Positions 35,362-48,104 of a stretch of DNA of 64,000 nucleotides are shown here, one piece after another. Origin of the DNA: Heteronotia binoei (Eukaryota); the NCBI RefSeq assembly GCF_032191835.1, contig NC_083236.1:43586001-43650000 (forward strand), in the 5' to 3' direction. The notes beneath the pieces were generated by a model. That model ran no database searches. It was not told the origin of the DNA and saw only the letters and a list, made by a program, of their open reading frames with translations. Both the position numbers and the translations under genes were made by a program. Each line of letters opens with the position of its first letter. Within the stretch, counting starts at the first letter, position 1.

Positions 35362-37305
35362 TATCATGTATCATTCTACAGTTCTACAGCATGCATATTT
35401 CACTGACCAAACCCTCCACCCACGGCAACGAAGAGGTCGGTTGTTGGGTCACAGCAACGAAGAGGTTGGTTGCTTTTGGATAAAGGCACAATGATTATTT
35501 TAAACTCAGATACTGGGTTGAGTCCAACCAGTTTTTCTGCAGGCAAAAAGACACATAGACTTTTGACCACCTCAAAAGGCTATGCTGGAACTCTGTAGGG
35601 TTGCCAGCTCTGCGTTGGGATGTGTCTGAAAATTTGGGGGTAGAGTCTGGAAATAACAGTGTTTGGGGAAGGGAGGGACCTTAGTGTGGTATAAGGCCAT
35701 AGATTCCACCCTCCAGAGCAGCCGTTTTCTCCAGGAGAGCTAATCTCTGTGGTCTGGAGATTTCCAGGCCCTACCTGGGGATTGGCAACCCTAGCTGGGA
35801 GTCAGAGGACCTACATGAACAAAAGCCATGTGTGGCAGAGGCTGTGGTAAAGAAAGGAATTGGACAATTCTGAATGGAAAGCAGTCTTGATCCAACCCAT
35901 TTACATCCGATGAAAAGGGACAAATTTCTAACAGCAGATAGAGTTAATTTTCCACATTTTTGTTTTTAAATTAAGATTGAAGATCAGACTTATAGCTGAA
36001 AAGGGATAATGGAAAGCAAAACGGGTTCTTTTCCTTCCCTTAGCAGTCTGGGTAAAAAGGGTATTTGTATATTTTGGCTTCCAGTAGCCGAACCAAAATT
36101 GCTATATAAATGTCAGCTTGAGCTAGGAGAGCTGACAATTCAGTTTCTCCCCCTTCCTTTCTGCCTTTAATTTCTTATTTTGCCAGACCAAATCAGTCCC
36201 CCCTCCCTTTCTGAATGCTACTTTCAAGAATGGTTTCATTGTAGTGGGGGGGAAATGGACTCTCTTTACCAGTGGGAAGGCTGTTATCTGGCAACAGCTG
36301 TTTATAGTTAACTACAACCCATAGTTAAAGCTTTTAAAGTCTGTTTCTTGTTTAGCTGTCTTGCAAATTGACTGTGGGGGGGAGAGCTGAGAGACTTAAC
36401 TCCTTATTGTATTGTTCCACAACACACAACCATTAAACAGAGACCTGGAAAATGTTCCCCAGCTGACGTGGCGGAGAAACCTAGCCAGAATATGTGAATG
36501 AGAACTGTCTGCTTTCTCTCTCTCTCTTTTTCTCTCCCTGGTTTCAGAGTTAGAGGCTAATGAGAGGTGAACATTTCTCAAAGCAAAGCTGTGGAAACTT
36601 TGCCAAAACCATTGACACAAACCCACACACCAAGTATGCGCCATTTTATTGGACTCGAATTTGAAGCGAACGAGAACCTGAGGGGCTTTTTCTTCTCCTT
36701 TCTCCATGTGTTTGTTGTTCTCTTGTGTTAGCTTCAAAATATTCTTTGTAGACAAATAGAGTGGCTTTTTCCATACTTCCCCCCACACTGCACTTCTGTA
36801 GAATAAAGTATTTGTAGTGTGGGCGGTGGCAGCAAGGGGATCTTTTGACAACACTTGAATGTTAGCAATCATCTTTTATGCCCCGCAACTCCACAATGGT
36901 GAGACAAATGACTAGTGAAACTGTTACGTACCATTACCGGCTGAGTTTCAAGGGCCTGCCGAAAGCGTGAGATGAGGAGAAGGAAGGGAGCCAAGCCTCT
37001 GAATAGAATATGTGGCTGACAGAGAGCCAGCAAAAAACGAGAATGAAGAAAGCAGGCTAACAAAGTTGCATGTCTAAACTAATTGTTCTAAAAGGATAGC
37101 CAGGCATCCAGAAAACCACTGACAGGAGTAGAAGGCCTCATGACACCCAGGGACACACACTTAACTAATTTCTCAGTGAGTGGGCTGCTTAAGGTGTCTT
37201 AATTCTACACAGGATCACATTGGGAAGAAGTCTAACTCACATCAAGGTAAATGCTTTGAGCCACGTTCCTTTGCATTTCTTTGTTTTTCAGTGCTACTTT
37301 TAGAG

Positions 37306-37784
37306 TAGGGTTGCCAGGTCTGACTCAAGGAATATCTGGGAACTTTTGGGGGTGGAGCCAGAAGCAAGGTTGTGACGAGCACGATAGAATTCCAAAGGGA
37401 GTTCTGCCCATCATGTTTAAAGGGACTACACTCCTTTTAAATGCCTTCCTTTCATTGGAAATAATGGAGGATGGGGCACCTGATTTTTGGGCTTATAGAA
37501 TTGGACCCCCTGACTCAACTTTTTTTAAACTTGGGGGAGTGGTTGAGGAGAGGCACTAGATGCTATACTGAAAATTTGGTGCCTCTATCTTAAAACACGC
37601 AGAGAGTGAGCCCAAGATACCCATGGATCAGTTCTCCATTATGCCTTATGGGGACCAGTCTTCATACAGTATAATAGAGTGCCCATCTGAATGTCCCCCA
37701 CCCCTGCTTTCTGATAACCTTGACGTGGGGGAGGGCCTCCAAACCAGGGGATCCCCTGCCCCCAACTGAGGATTGGCGACCCTA
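37306..37784 (-). mobile_element. hAT (Blackjack-like) non-autonomous element, full length
   Basis: TIRs intact; TSD TTTTAGAG/TTTTAGGG. Confidence 0.9.
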
Positions 37785-38548
37785 TTTTAGGGAAACATCC
37801 AAACAGTACATAATACTTCGAGTAAGGAGGGGCCAGATTGATTTTAACAAATGAACTGATGTCTGTAGATAATGATACAGGATATTGAACTGGTTACTAA
37901 TGAAAGGGTTGTATCCTAGGGTTGCCCGCCTTCAGGTGGGAACCAGAGATCTCCTGGACTGGCATGTGATTTCCAGTCTACAGTGGTCAGCTCCCTGGAG
38001 AAAATGGCTGCTATGGAGGGTGGACTGTATGGTATTATAACCCACTGAGGACCCTCCCCTCCCCAAACCCCACCCTCCCTAGCCTCCACCCCCAAATCTC
38101 TGGTGATTTCCCAACTCAGGTTTGGTTACCCTACTTAATTCCTTGTCCAGTGGTGCAAGAAAGAAAGGATCTCATCTAATCCAGTTTCCCTCCTCACTAC
38201 AGTACTGTCCCATTTGGGACCCCTGATGCCTTTTGGACTTTTGGAGAGGTGTGTGTGAAGTGAGCCCTCCTTCTTTTTGAGCTAGTGGAAAAACTGGTAA
38301 GCTCCAGCCCTAAGGGCTGAATGATAAAATTAGAGCAATTATACTTATTAATAATTCCAATCAAAGACTTCAATGTTTAAATACTCCTGAGCACCATAAA
38401 AATACATAACTGTAACTTAATGGCTTACATAAATTGAAATGACACAAAAAGGAAAAGGAGACTGGGAGAAGAAATTAAGCAAATTCGGGTGCCAGCATAG
38501 GCTGTCACATCATTCCATAATGAGTAGATAGCATGGCTACTGATAGAG

Positions 38549-38836
38549 GAAGAGCCCTGTGGCGCAGTGGTAAAGCTGCAGTACCGCAGTCAGAGCCCTC
38601 TGCTCACAACCTGAGTTTGATCCCAGCGGAAGCTGGTTCAGGTAGCTGGTTCCAGGTTGACTTAGCCTTCCATCCTTCCAAGGTTGGTAAAATGAATACC
38701 CAGCTTGCTGGGGGTAAAGTGTAGATGACTGAGGAAGGCAATGACAAACCATCCTGTAAAAGGTCTGCCATGAAAACATTGTGAAAGCAACATCACCCCA
38801 GAGTCGAAAACAACTGGTGCTTGCACCTTTTACCTT
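38549..38836 (+). mobile_element. Sauria SINE, full length
   Basis: GAAGAGCCCTGTGGCGCAGTGG tRNA-like head, ACCTTT tail, TSD TACTGATAGAG/TACTGATGGAG. Confidence 0.92.
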
Positions 38837-38907
38837 TACTGATGGAGTTGTTGGAGGAAGGGTCAAATGCCACAGGACTCAGCCAAGTGAATTGAGAGAG
38901 TCTTTTA

Positions 38908-39016
38908 GGCTGCAATCGCACACATTAAATAATGCCAGTTCACACAAGTAAAATCCATTGGAAAGTGCATTGCAAGTTGATTGAAAGTGCATTATTTAGT
39001 GTGTGTGATCGCAGCC
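38908..39016. mobile_element. Palindromic Harbinger-like MITE
   Basis: GGCTGCAATCGCACAC...GTGTGATCGCAGCC with 3-bp TTA TSD. Confidence 0.85.
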
Positions 39017-41355
39017 TTATCACTCTATCGCCTGAGAAATTGGGTTGCAGCCAGTGTCTCTCTGCTGTTGTTGAAACACTTTGTATCCAATTATTCTGCT
39101 GAGGGAGGAGGCTTTCTCCCAGGAAAGGACATATCCCATGAATAAAAAGACTTCTTTCATCAAAGGAAGAACCTCCAGTTTTCAGAAATACATTGTTGGA
39201 GACATCCAAATGGCTTCCAATAGCCCTAATTACTCTGAAACACTAAATATGAGTAAATCAATGCAGCCTGTCATCCTATTAAAGAAATAGTAGTCTTAGT
39301 TTAATACGTTAATCAATCAATTAATTAAATGAGTAAAAAGGAACACACACACGCAGAGAGAGACACGATTTTTAGAAAATGTGATGCATACATGCTTTTT
39401 GGCAAACATCATGGCAGGCCATGGCTGCACCAACCCAGACAACAAACCCCACTGAATAATATGGGTCTTACTTCTGAGTAGACCCGGCTAGAATTGCTCC
39501 CTTCCATTGATAGTTCTGGAGGAAATGCTTGCCAGAATTTCGTCAGTTGCAATGTCAGCATGCTGCCGATGCTCCGCTTAATTTAGCCTTGTTCCGATTC
39601 TCCTTCTTCTTCTGTCCTTTTCATCGTGTCCTAATTCGAAAGTTGTCACAGTGCCTGCTAAATAGGTTGCTCCTCATTGCCCCCAACTTGACCTATAGTA
39701 ATGTACCATTCCAAACAGTTTGTCCCAGGAGGTGAGGGAGAGATTGTCCTGCAAATAACCAAGTTCGGCTCCAGCATTTTCGTCATAGAAGTTGTGTTAA
39801 AGGGACATGTTTGCATTGTTTTGCTTCATGTGTGCAAATCACAGTCAGCAGGGTTAGCTGTTGCATTTCTTGGGAGGAGGCAGCCATCTCTATAACGGCA
39901 AGGAATGGCAGCAATTAGAATCTCTTGACGACAACTTCAGTGGAAAGAGAACAGCAACTCCATCTACCCCAACTGGGGGTGGGGGTGGATCCTAATGATT
40001 GCTTTAGAACTTGTGTCAAGCCTAACATACAAATTAAGGGGTAGAAAGGCACCATCAGTTACCATAGTTATGTGTAACAAATTGTCAGTAACAGGAAGTA
40101 GCACAAATATCCCAAGGTGAACTCTTGGAATGTGCATTGACAAGAATTAACCAAGCCTATGGATTCCAGAGAATGCAGATCAGCTGGGGAAATTAAATGG
40201 TGATCCAGCAAGATAATGGCTCCTATTGCAAAAACTGTATTCCTGGTTGAATAACTGAATTTTTGCCATCACCAGGAGACACTGGGCACTGTATTTTAGA
40301 GCACTGGATTCCTTCCAGCCATGTGCTTTCTGGCAACTTTACAGATGCAGTAATTTACCAAAAAAAATGTTGCATCAGGCAGCAGCCAGTTGCTGCTTTC
40401 ATCACAGAACACAGATAAAGTTGCCAGCCTCCAGGTGAAGGCTGTAGAACTCCTGGAATTATAATAGAGCTTATTTATTCATTTAAAACATACATTCAAT
40501 TTCTCCTTTGGAAGGTGAACTGCACGGCATTATGCCCTACCAAGGTCCCTCCCTTCCCTAAACCTTCCCTAAACCTTCCCTAAACCTTCTCTTCTAGGCT
40601 CCACCCTCAAATCTGCAGGTATTTCCAAACCCAGAAATGGCAACCTTACACAGTTGGGTGTAATACTCCCCCCCCCCCAGCAAAACTCCTAAGTAGGTCT
40701 ACTCAGAAGGAGGAACTATTTATTTAATTGGGCTGACTCTCAGGAAAGGTTTGTTGTTTTTTTGTTTAATGGATTGCGGCCTTTGTTATTCAATGAATCT
40801 AAATTTAAATTTCACCCTGGATCTTCCAGTTAGGTGTTGTTGTTGTCAATCAGTAGCTCTTTACTAAATAGAGAGGCGTCCCTGTAATAACAAATGGGAT
40901 GAACACCACCGATAAAAGAAAAAAGCTTGATTGCATCTCTCATATCCTGTTATGTATGTGGACTCAAGTGAAGACTTTGGGTGTTCCTGCCTGGCTCATT
41001 GGAGCCATGTGGACTGAGCTTGGGGACTTGGGAACAATGGGCTGCAGGATCCAAATCTCTGCCACCCTAGACCAGCCACAAACCCTCGCTGGTTTGAATG
41101 ACCCAATAATGTGCTTATGCGGGAACCCAGGGATGTATATGTTTGGCCCCGTTGGCCTAGTTCTCAGTCTTGTATTGCAGCCATCTGCTATGCTGTACTC
41201 AACAAAAAACTGATTATCACTGATCCTTTGACTCTTCAATGCATAGAACCCACTATACAATATATCCCAAAATGATTGACAATGATTATATTGTTTGAGG
41301 TGGAATGGTTTTAATTGCATTTATAAGATCATTGGAAGCTCTGTCACAGGAGTAG

Positions 41356-41600
41356 GTTTTTCTGCCCCACTTTTCTGTACCTTAAAGAATCTCAAAGTGG
41401 CTTACAATCACCTTTCCCTTCCTCTCCCCACAACAGGCACCTTGTGAGGTAAATGGGGCTGAGAGAGTTCTGAGAGAACTGTGACTGGCTCAACTGGCTC
41501 AAGGTCAGTTGTGGAGGCTTTGTGTGGAGGAGGAGCAGGGAATCAAACCCAGTTCTCCAATTTAGAGTCCATCACTCTCTTAACCACTACACTACACTGG
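41356..41600 (-). mobile_element. Squam3 SINE
   Basis: Reverse-complement SINE body and TAACCACTACAC head. Confidence 0.8.
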
Positions 41601-41670
41601 TCCTATGCCTGAGGATGTTCTGTCATAGAAGAAAAGCAGGTTTAAAATATCATAAGTAAATAAAATACAT

Positions 41671-41910
41671 NNNNNNNNNNNNNNNNNNNNNNNNNNNNNN
41701 NNNNNNNNNNNNNNNNNNNNNNNNNNNNNNNNNNNNNNNNNNNNNNNNNNNNNNNNNNNNNNNNNNNNNNNNNNNNNNNNNNNNNNNNNNNNNNNNNNNN
41801 NNNNNNNNNNNNNNNNNNNNNNNNNNNNNNNNNNNNNNNNNNNNNNNNNNNNNNNNNNNNNNNNNNNNNNNNNNNNNNNNNNNNNNNNNNNNNNNNNNNN
41901 NNNNNNNNNN
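41671..41910. other. Assembly gap (240 N)
   Basis: Run of N. Confidence 1.
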
Positions 41911-42034
41911 CCCTGAGATTTGATTTGAACAAGAGAAAGGCAAGATTGGAATAGAGCTCTGGAGTCAAAATCACAGGAAGGAGAAACTCAAAATGGACCC
42001 TACTTTGATTGTCCTTCCAAGTCATACTTCCTGC

Positions 42035-42211
42035 CAGTATTGGTGTTAACTAGCTCACAGTTTATTAGCTTCCGGCTCATACATTTTTGTCTTAGCTCAG
42101 GAAAAATGGCCCCAGAGCAACTAATTTATGCAGTAACTCACAACTTTAATGCCAGTAGCTGACAAAGTAGAATTTTTGCTCACAGGACTCCACAACTTAG
42201 AGGGAAAATAG
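42035..42211 (-). mobile_element. hAT MITE, partial, same family as 60738-60953
   Basis: AATTTTTGCTCACAGGACTCCACAACTTAGAGGGAA is the reverse complement of the start of the 60738 element. Confidence 0.7.
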
Positions 42212-42214
42212 CAT

Positions 42215-43560
42215 CAAGAGAGAGATCTTGGGGTCATGTCAGATAACTCACTGAAAATATCGAGACAGTGTGTGACTGCAATAAAAAAGGTCAATGCTAT
42301 GCTGGGAATTATTAGGAAAGGAATTGAAAACAAATCAGCCAGTATCATAATGCCCCTGTATAAATCAATGGTGTGGCCTCATTTCGAATACTGTGTACAA
42401 TTCTGGTCACCGCACCTCAAAAAGGATATTATAGCATTGGAAAAAGTACAGAAAAGGGCAACTAGAATGATTATAGGGTTGAAACACTTTCCCTATGAAG
42501 AAAGGTTAAAATACTTGGGGCTCTTTAGCTTGGAGACACGTCAACTGAGGGGTGACATAATAGAGGTTTACAAGATTATGCATGGGATAGAGAAGGTAGA
42601 GAAAGAAGTACTTTTCTCCTTTTCTCACAATATGAGAACTTGTGGACATTCAATGAAATTACTAAACAGTCGGGTTAGAGCTGATAAAAGGAAGTACTTC
42701 TTCACCCAAAGGATGATTAACACATGGAATTCTCCGCCACAGGAGGTGACAGCAGCTGCAAGCATAGACAGCTTCAAGAGGAGACTGGATAAACATATGG
42801 AGTAGAGGTTCATCAGTGGCTACTAGCCACAGTGTATAGTTGGAACTCTCTGTCTGGGGCTGTGATGCTCTGTATTCTTGATGCTTGGGGGGGTGGGCAC
42901 AGTGGGAGGGCTTCTAGTGTCCTGGCCCCACTGATAGACCTCCTGATGTCGCTTTTTTTTTTTTTTTTGCCACTGTGGCTGATTACAGATGGGCACTTTG
43001 GGTTGACTCAGAGATGCCTCTGAAGTTGACCCAAAAAATCTGTACATATGGCAACATCTGCCGGCTGTCCTCTCCCGTCCTTACCCCGTCCTCCAGGTGC
43101 CTGAGACTGGCTCAAAAAGCTACCACTTCCAAAGTGGTAGCAAATGTTAGAGCCGGCTGTCAGTTGCTTCCCTGCCTTCTGGACAGGGAAGAGCGCAAGT
43201 ATAGCGACTTGGCGGTGTGGAACTTCCAAGCTGTCCCAAGGTGTTCCCATGATTATTATTTTTTTTTTTATGAAACCATTCAGAGCGCTGGAGCGCATGT
43301 GTGCATGAGCACTTGCCTCCCAAGGAAAACAAATGGAATCCAGCTTCTGGGATGCCTTCCCGTGTGGCGGCACCCAGCCATTGCACAGACGGGATGCGAG
43401 CAGCAAGTGAGTATGTGTGGAGGCGTTGGGACAGCTCTTTTTGAGCCGTCCTGATTCAGGCTGCCTCCAAGCCGCCCCAGAATGCCCAGCCTGTGTGACA
43501 CAGAGTGTTGGACTGGATGGGCCATTGGCCTGATCCAACATGGCTTCTCTTCTTGTGTTT
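42215..43560 (+). mobile_element. CR1 LINE 3' portion (ORF2 end plus 3' UTR), interrupted at 42977-43491
   Basis: 189-aa ORF ...FEYCVQFWSPHLKKDIIALEKVQKRATRMI...RKYFFTQRMINTWNSPPQEV...FKRRLDKHME; UTR resumes at TGTGTGACACAGAGTGTTGGACTGG. Confidence 0.93.
42977..43491. mobile_element. Unclassified insertion, GGCTG...CAGCC termini, 3-bp TSD (Harbinger-like?)
   Basis: Removing it restores CCACTGTGTGACAC, matching the uninterrupted CR1 3' end at ~16707 (CTACTGTGTGACAC); TSD TGT. Confidence 0.6.
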
Positions 43561-43833
43561 TCCCTACCCTTGCCATATAACTTCTTCCTGCAAGAGTAGC
43601 CTAAATACTTGTTTCTTTGAATGGAATAAATTCACTCTGATTACATTTAAGACTTCTTAGAAGCGGGGGCTGCCAGCATCCAGATGGGGCCATAGAGATC
43701 TCCTGGAATTACAACAGTCTGGAATTTCCAGACTGCAGGTATTAGAAAATGGCTCCTTTCAAGGCTGGGCTCTAGAGGTCTCCCAATCCCCAAAGTCTGG
43801 TCTCTTCAGACTCTACTCCCAAATTTCCCTTTC

Positions 43834-44100
43834 GAAAGCCAGTTTGGTGTAGTGGTTAAGTGCGTGGACTCTTATTCCGGAGAACCGGGTTTGATTCCCC
43901 ACTCCTCCACTTGCAGCTGCTGGAATGGCCTTGGGTTAGCCATAGCTATCACAGAGGTTGTCCTTGAAAGGGCAGCTGCTGTGAGAGCCCTCTCAGCCCC
44001 ATCCACCTCACAGGATGTCTGTTGTGGGGGGGAGAACATAAAGGAGATTGTAAGCTGCTCTGAGTCTCTGATTCAGAGAGACGGGTGGGGTATAAATCTG
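43834..44100 (+). mobile_element. Squam3 SINE, full length, nested in short hAT MITE (43669-44139)
   Basis: GAAAGCCAGTTTGGTGTAGTGGTTAAG head, B-box GGTTTGATTCC; host MITE resumes at 44101. Confidence 0.9.
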
Positions 44101-45004
44101 CAGTTCCAGGAATTTCCCAGCCTGGAATTGGCAACCCTGCTTAGAATAGATGACGTGTGCTCTGTTTTTGAGCCTTTTTTCTGCAACCCACTAAAAATGA
44201 GATAGACAAAGTTCCTTTGACTTCAGTGGGTGCCACTTGCACTCAGGGCCGGATCTAGGGGGGGGGGGGGCAGAGGGAAGTGCTTGCCCTGGGTGCCAAC
44301 ATGGGAGGGTGCCAAATTGGGTATGGAGTCAATTCTATTCTATGGGCCCATAAGAGAGAATGGATCCATAAGGGGGCATCATTTTTTAATTTTGCCCTCC
44401 CCCCCCCTCAAAAAACTTGTAGATCCAGTCCTGCTTGCACTTCTTGTGAAGACTAGAGTATTATTTTGAGGTTTCTTCACTGTTTGGGGGGAAGGAGTTA
44501 AGAGTGTGGCTCTTTCTTTGCAATAATTGCAAGGCAATATTCCACTCTTGTGTTTCCTTGTATCTGGTGTAACTCCCCCCTTTCCCTCCCCCCAAAAATA
44601 CCCTTCACATTGATCCAATAACATATGTCAATATACCATAAAACCAAGTTAGGCCCTAGTTAGTCGTGATTAATGTATAAATGTGTGAGAGATTAGTCAC
44701 GCAATTGAACATCAGAAGTTTGGGGGCTGCAAGAATGTGGCTTCATCATTCTTGTCCCGAAAGCCTGAAGTGACAAAAATTATTTCAGAAGCGAATGAAA
44801 AATGTTCAGAGAAGTTGAAAGCAGATGCCATTAGCAGGAAGGGTAATACGTTATATCGTCTTAAGATCTGTCAAAAATTATACTGCCGTGTAAAAAAGTT
44901 AAGTACATTGGTTCCCTCGTATGATTTAGCACGAACTGTTTCTATGAAAGAACATGAGACTGAATCTCAGAGGGCTCATGACCCTTTAGATGCTAACACA
45001 TGTA

Positions 45005-45141
45005 GATTGCGATCACACATGCTAAATCATGCAGTTTTAATCCACTTTCAGTGCACTTTCCAACTGAATTTTGTGTGAACTGGCAAAATCCAGTTGGAAA
45101 GTGCATTGAAACTGCATTATTTAGCATGTGTGATTGCAGCC
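45005..45141. mobile_element. Palindromic Harbinger-like MITE
   Basis: Same family as 38908-39016. Confidence 0.75.
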
Positions 45142-45320
45142 ATATTGTGGCATATGCTTTTGTGGGCCAGAACCCACCCACTGTTTTTATTTCTTTTATT
45201 TACTTTACATTTATATCCTGGCTTCTCCCCAAGCAGACTGTCAAATGACCGAAGTGTTATTCTTTATACACAGAAAGGCCCAGCCAGCTTCCTGGACTTA
45301 TTTATTTATTTATTTAAAAC

Positions 45321-45517
45321 GAGGGCTTTTGGTAGAAAAAGCCCAGCAGGAACTCATTTGCATATTAGGCCACACCCCCTGATGCCACCATTATTTCACA
45401 TAGGGCTTTTTGTAGGAAAAAAACAGCAGGAATTAATTTACATAGTAGGCTACACTTCCTGACACCAAGCCAGCTGGAACTGCATTCCTGTGTGTTCCTG
45501 CTCAAAAAAAAGCCCTA
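45321..45517. mobile_element. hAT MITE, octamer family, direct-repeat variant
   Basis: Perfect TSD TTTAAAAC; internal direct duplication of AGGGCTTTT...GCATATTAGGCCACACC; second copy at ~52240-52426. Confidence 0.85.
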
Positions 45518-45673
45518 TTTAAAACATTTACATACCATCTCTTCAAAGACCTGCTTGACCTGCTCACAAAATAAAAGAGAAATCCATTCAACAAACAAAA
45601 TCTCATGGAAGAAGGGCAGAATGAAAATATAATAAATGTCCCTACTTCAGAACAAAGCAGACCATACATAAAA

Positions 45674-45970
45674 AAGTAAAGGCAGTCCCCTGTGCAAGAA
45701 TCGAGTCATTATTGACCCATGGGGTGATGTCTCATCACAACATTTTCTTGGCAGGCTTTTTCACCATTGGTTCACCATTGTCTTCCCCAGTCATTTACAT
45801 CTCACCCCCAGCAAGCTGGATACTCATTTTAATGACTTCAGAAGGATGGAAGGCTAATTCAGCCTTGAGCTGGCTATCTGAACCCAGCTTCCACCAGGAT
45901 TGAACTCAGGTCATGAGCAGAGCTTGGACTGCAGTACTGCAGCTTACCACTCTGGGCCACAGGGCTCCTT
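45674..45970 (-). mobile_element. Sauria SINE, full length
   Basis: Family match; AGACCATA-containing TSD on both sides. Confidence 0.9.
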
Positions 45971-46922
45971 AGACCATAAATAATATGGCCTAAATTGATT
46001 AGGTCATCATAGCGATCTTTGTTACCCAGTGATACGATATTTCTGTCTAATTGGGTTTCATTGCATGGGAAACTGTAAACCTTTCAAAGGAATGCCATCC
46101 TGCATTAGAGAGTTAAAATCATTCATTTGGGTCTCTTTGTCCTTTCCATTCACACATGCTCTCAGCTCTTGAAGAACAGACCTGTGCTGTCCTTGGGCTC
46201 AGATTCCGAGATTTGCATGCCCAGGAAGCAGATCTTTGTTTCCAAGCACTGCTTTCCTCTCCCGTGCCCGGAAATAAATGGCACTTTTCTTTTCCCTCCA
46301 TGGGCCCTGAATGGATTTTGTTTCCATGTAAAAATATCATTGCCTCAATAACAGGTCAGCTGCAATATCGTTCCCCTTGCATGAGCTCCCATGGTTATGC
46401 TAATTGTAGGATAAGGCCCGTGAACGTTATTAGTCTAGGCATTTCATTTGGGTAATGCTGCTCAGTGGGTTGCTAGGGAATGCGTCACTTAATACTACAG
46501 ACGCAGCTGAGTTTTCATAAATACAAATGTACTGTAATAATGTTAAAATAATTGAAAGGCTGCCCACGTCTTAATAAGCACTTATTAGAATGGCAGCGAG
46601 CTGTTCTCCAACAGTCCTTTTCCCTTCATTCCCCCCCCCTTTCACAAATCTAATATTGCTTACTAAGCTCATACCATACTGAGAGACTTAGATCAGATTT
46701 CAAGGGAGGCCATGAGGAGAGGGGGGCTCTCTCTTGTAAAAGCCCCTGAACATTTCATTCTTATGATTCAGAAGGGATGACAGGCAGTTCCCATTAGATT
46801 TGAACAAAATTAGGCTTGCTTTAGAAAATGCTGCACTGAGGACAGGGTTGCGCAATTGAAAATCCAAGAAGAAACCAAAGGGGGGGATCATGCCTTCCTA
46901 AAAAAAAACCCTTTCAAATTAG

Positions 46923-47117
46923 CCCTGACCTAGATAGCCCAGGCAAGCCTGATCTCATCAGATCTCAAAAGGTAAGCAGAGTCAACCTTGGCAAGTACTT
47001 AGATGGGATTCCTCCAAGGAATACCAGGGCTGGGACACAAAGGCAGGCAATAGAGCCACCTCTCTGAATGTCCAAGCCCCAGTAGGGGTTGCCAAAAGTT
47101 GCACACACACACACACA
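46923..47117 (+). mobile_element. 5S rRNA-derived SINE with (CA)n tail
   Basis: GCCTGATCTCATCAGATCTCAAAAGGTAAGCAGAGTC...AGTACTTAGATGGGA 5S-like head. Confidence 0.8.
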
Positions 47118-47791
47118 ATACCAAGAAAAAAAAATAGGGTTGCCAGCTCTGGGTTGTGAAATACCTGGATATTTAGGGGGTGGACTTGGGAGGATGGGGT
47201 TTGAGGAGGGGAGAGTCTTCAGCAGGGTACAATGACATGGAGTCCACCCTCCAAAGCAGCCATTTTCTCCAAGGGAACTGATCTCCATTGTTTGAGGATC
47301 ATTTGTGATGGAGGAAGATCTCCAGACCCCACCTGGAGGTTGTCAACCCCCTTCAAATGTACCTGGTCAGTGGGTCTGAGAGAACCCCTCTCCCGTGTAG
47401 CATCTACAAACTGCCTTCATGCTACTATTCCAGAATTTCTCTACACATGAAGAAACATATTTGAAATGTCATTACATAGCTATAAAGGAGCCTGCCTTGG
47501 CGGGGAGGGCGGGGTATAAATAAAAACTTATTATCATGCTGATTACTTTTTTAAAAACTGACTTCCTCCTCCAAACATGACATGACTTCTTGATGTTCTC
47601 CAGCCCTGTGAGCTAGATTAGGTAGAAAGAGACTGGCCCAAAGTCACCCTTTGTGAATAGGACTGCCAACCTCCAGATGGCTCCTGGAGATCTCCTGCTG
47701 TTGCAATCAGTTTCCAGATAACCAAGATCTGTTCCCCTGTAGAAAATGGCTGCTTTGGAGTGTGGACTCTATGGCATTATACTGGCTGAAG

Positions 47792-47964
47792 CAGGGGTGG
47801 AATTCTAGCAGGAGCTCCTTTGCATATTAGGCCACACACACCCCTGATGTAGCCAATCCTCCAAAAGCTTACAAAAAAGAGCCTTGTAAGCTCTTGAATT
47901 ATTGGCTACATCAGGGGTGTGTGGCCTAATATGCAAAGGAGCTCCTGCTAGAATTCCACCCCTG
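47792..47964. mobile_element. Palindromic hAT MITE (octamer family) nested in short Blackjack-like MITE (47658-48059)
   Basis: Perfect TSD GGCTGAAG; near-identical to 2553-2722. Confidence 0.93.
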
Positions 47965-48104
47965 GGCTGAAGTTCTTTCCTTCCTTCCCCGAACCTCACA
48001 CTCCTCAGGCTCCACCCCCAAATCCACAGGTATTTTCCAGTCTAGAGCTGGTAGCCCTATATCATGTGCCTCAGGGCTGAGGATTTGATGTCTCAGCCCT
48101 GGTA

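Noticed and set aside
36396-36872. 158-aa minus-strand ORF
   Set aside because: Crosses a (GA)n-like tract, has no ATG start, no homology and no splice support.
36732-36898. 167-nt unit as CFAP300 exon 4 (same length as the recalled human exon)
   Set aside because: Stops in all frames and no peptide similarity.
41642-42025. ORFs with long X runs
   Set aside because: Artefacts of the N gap.
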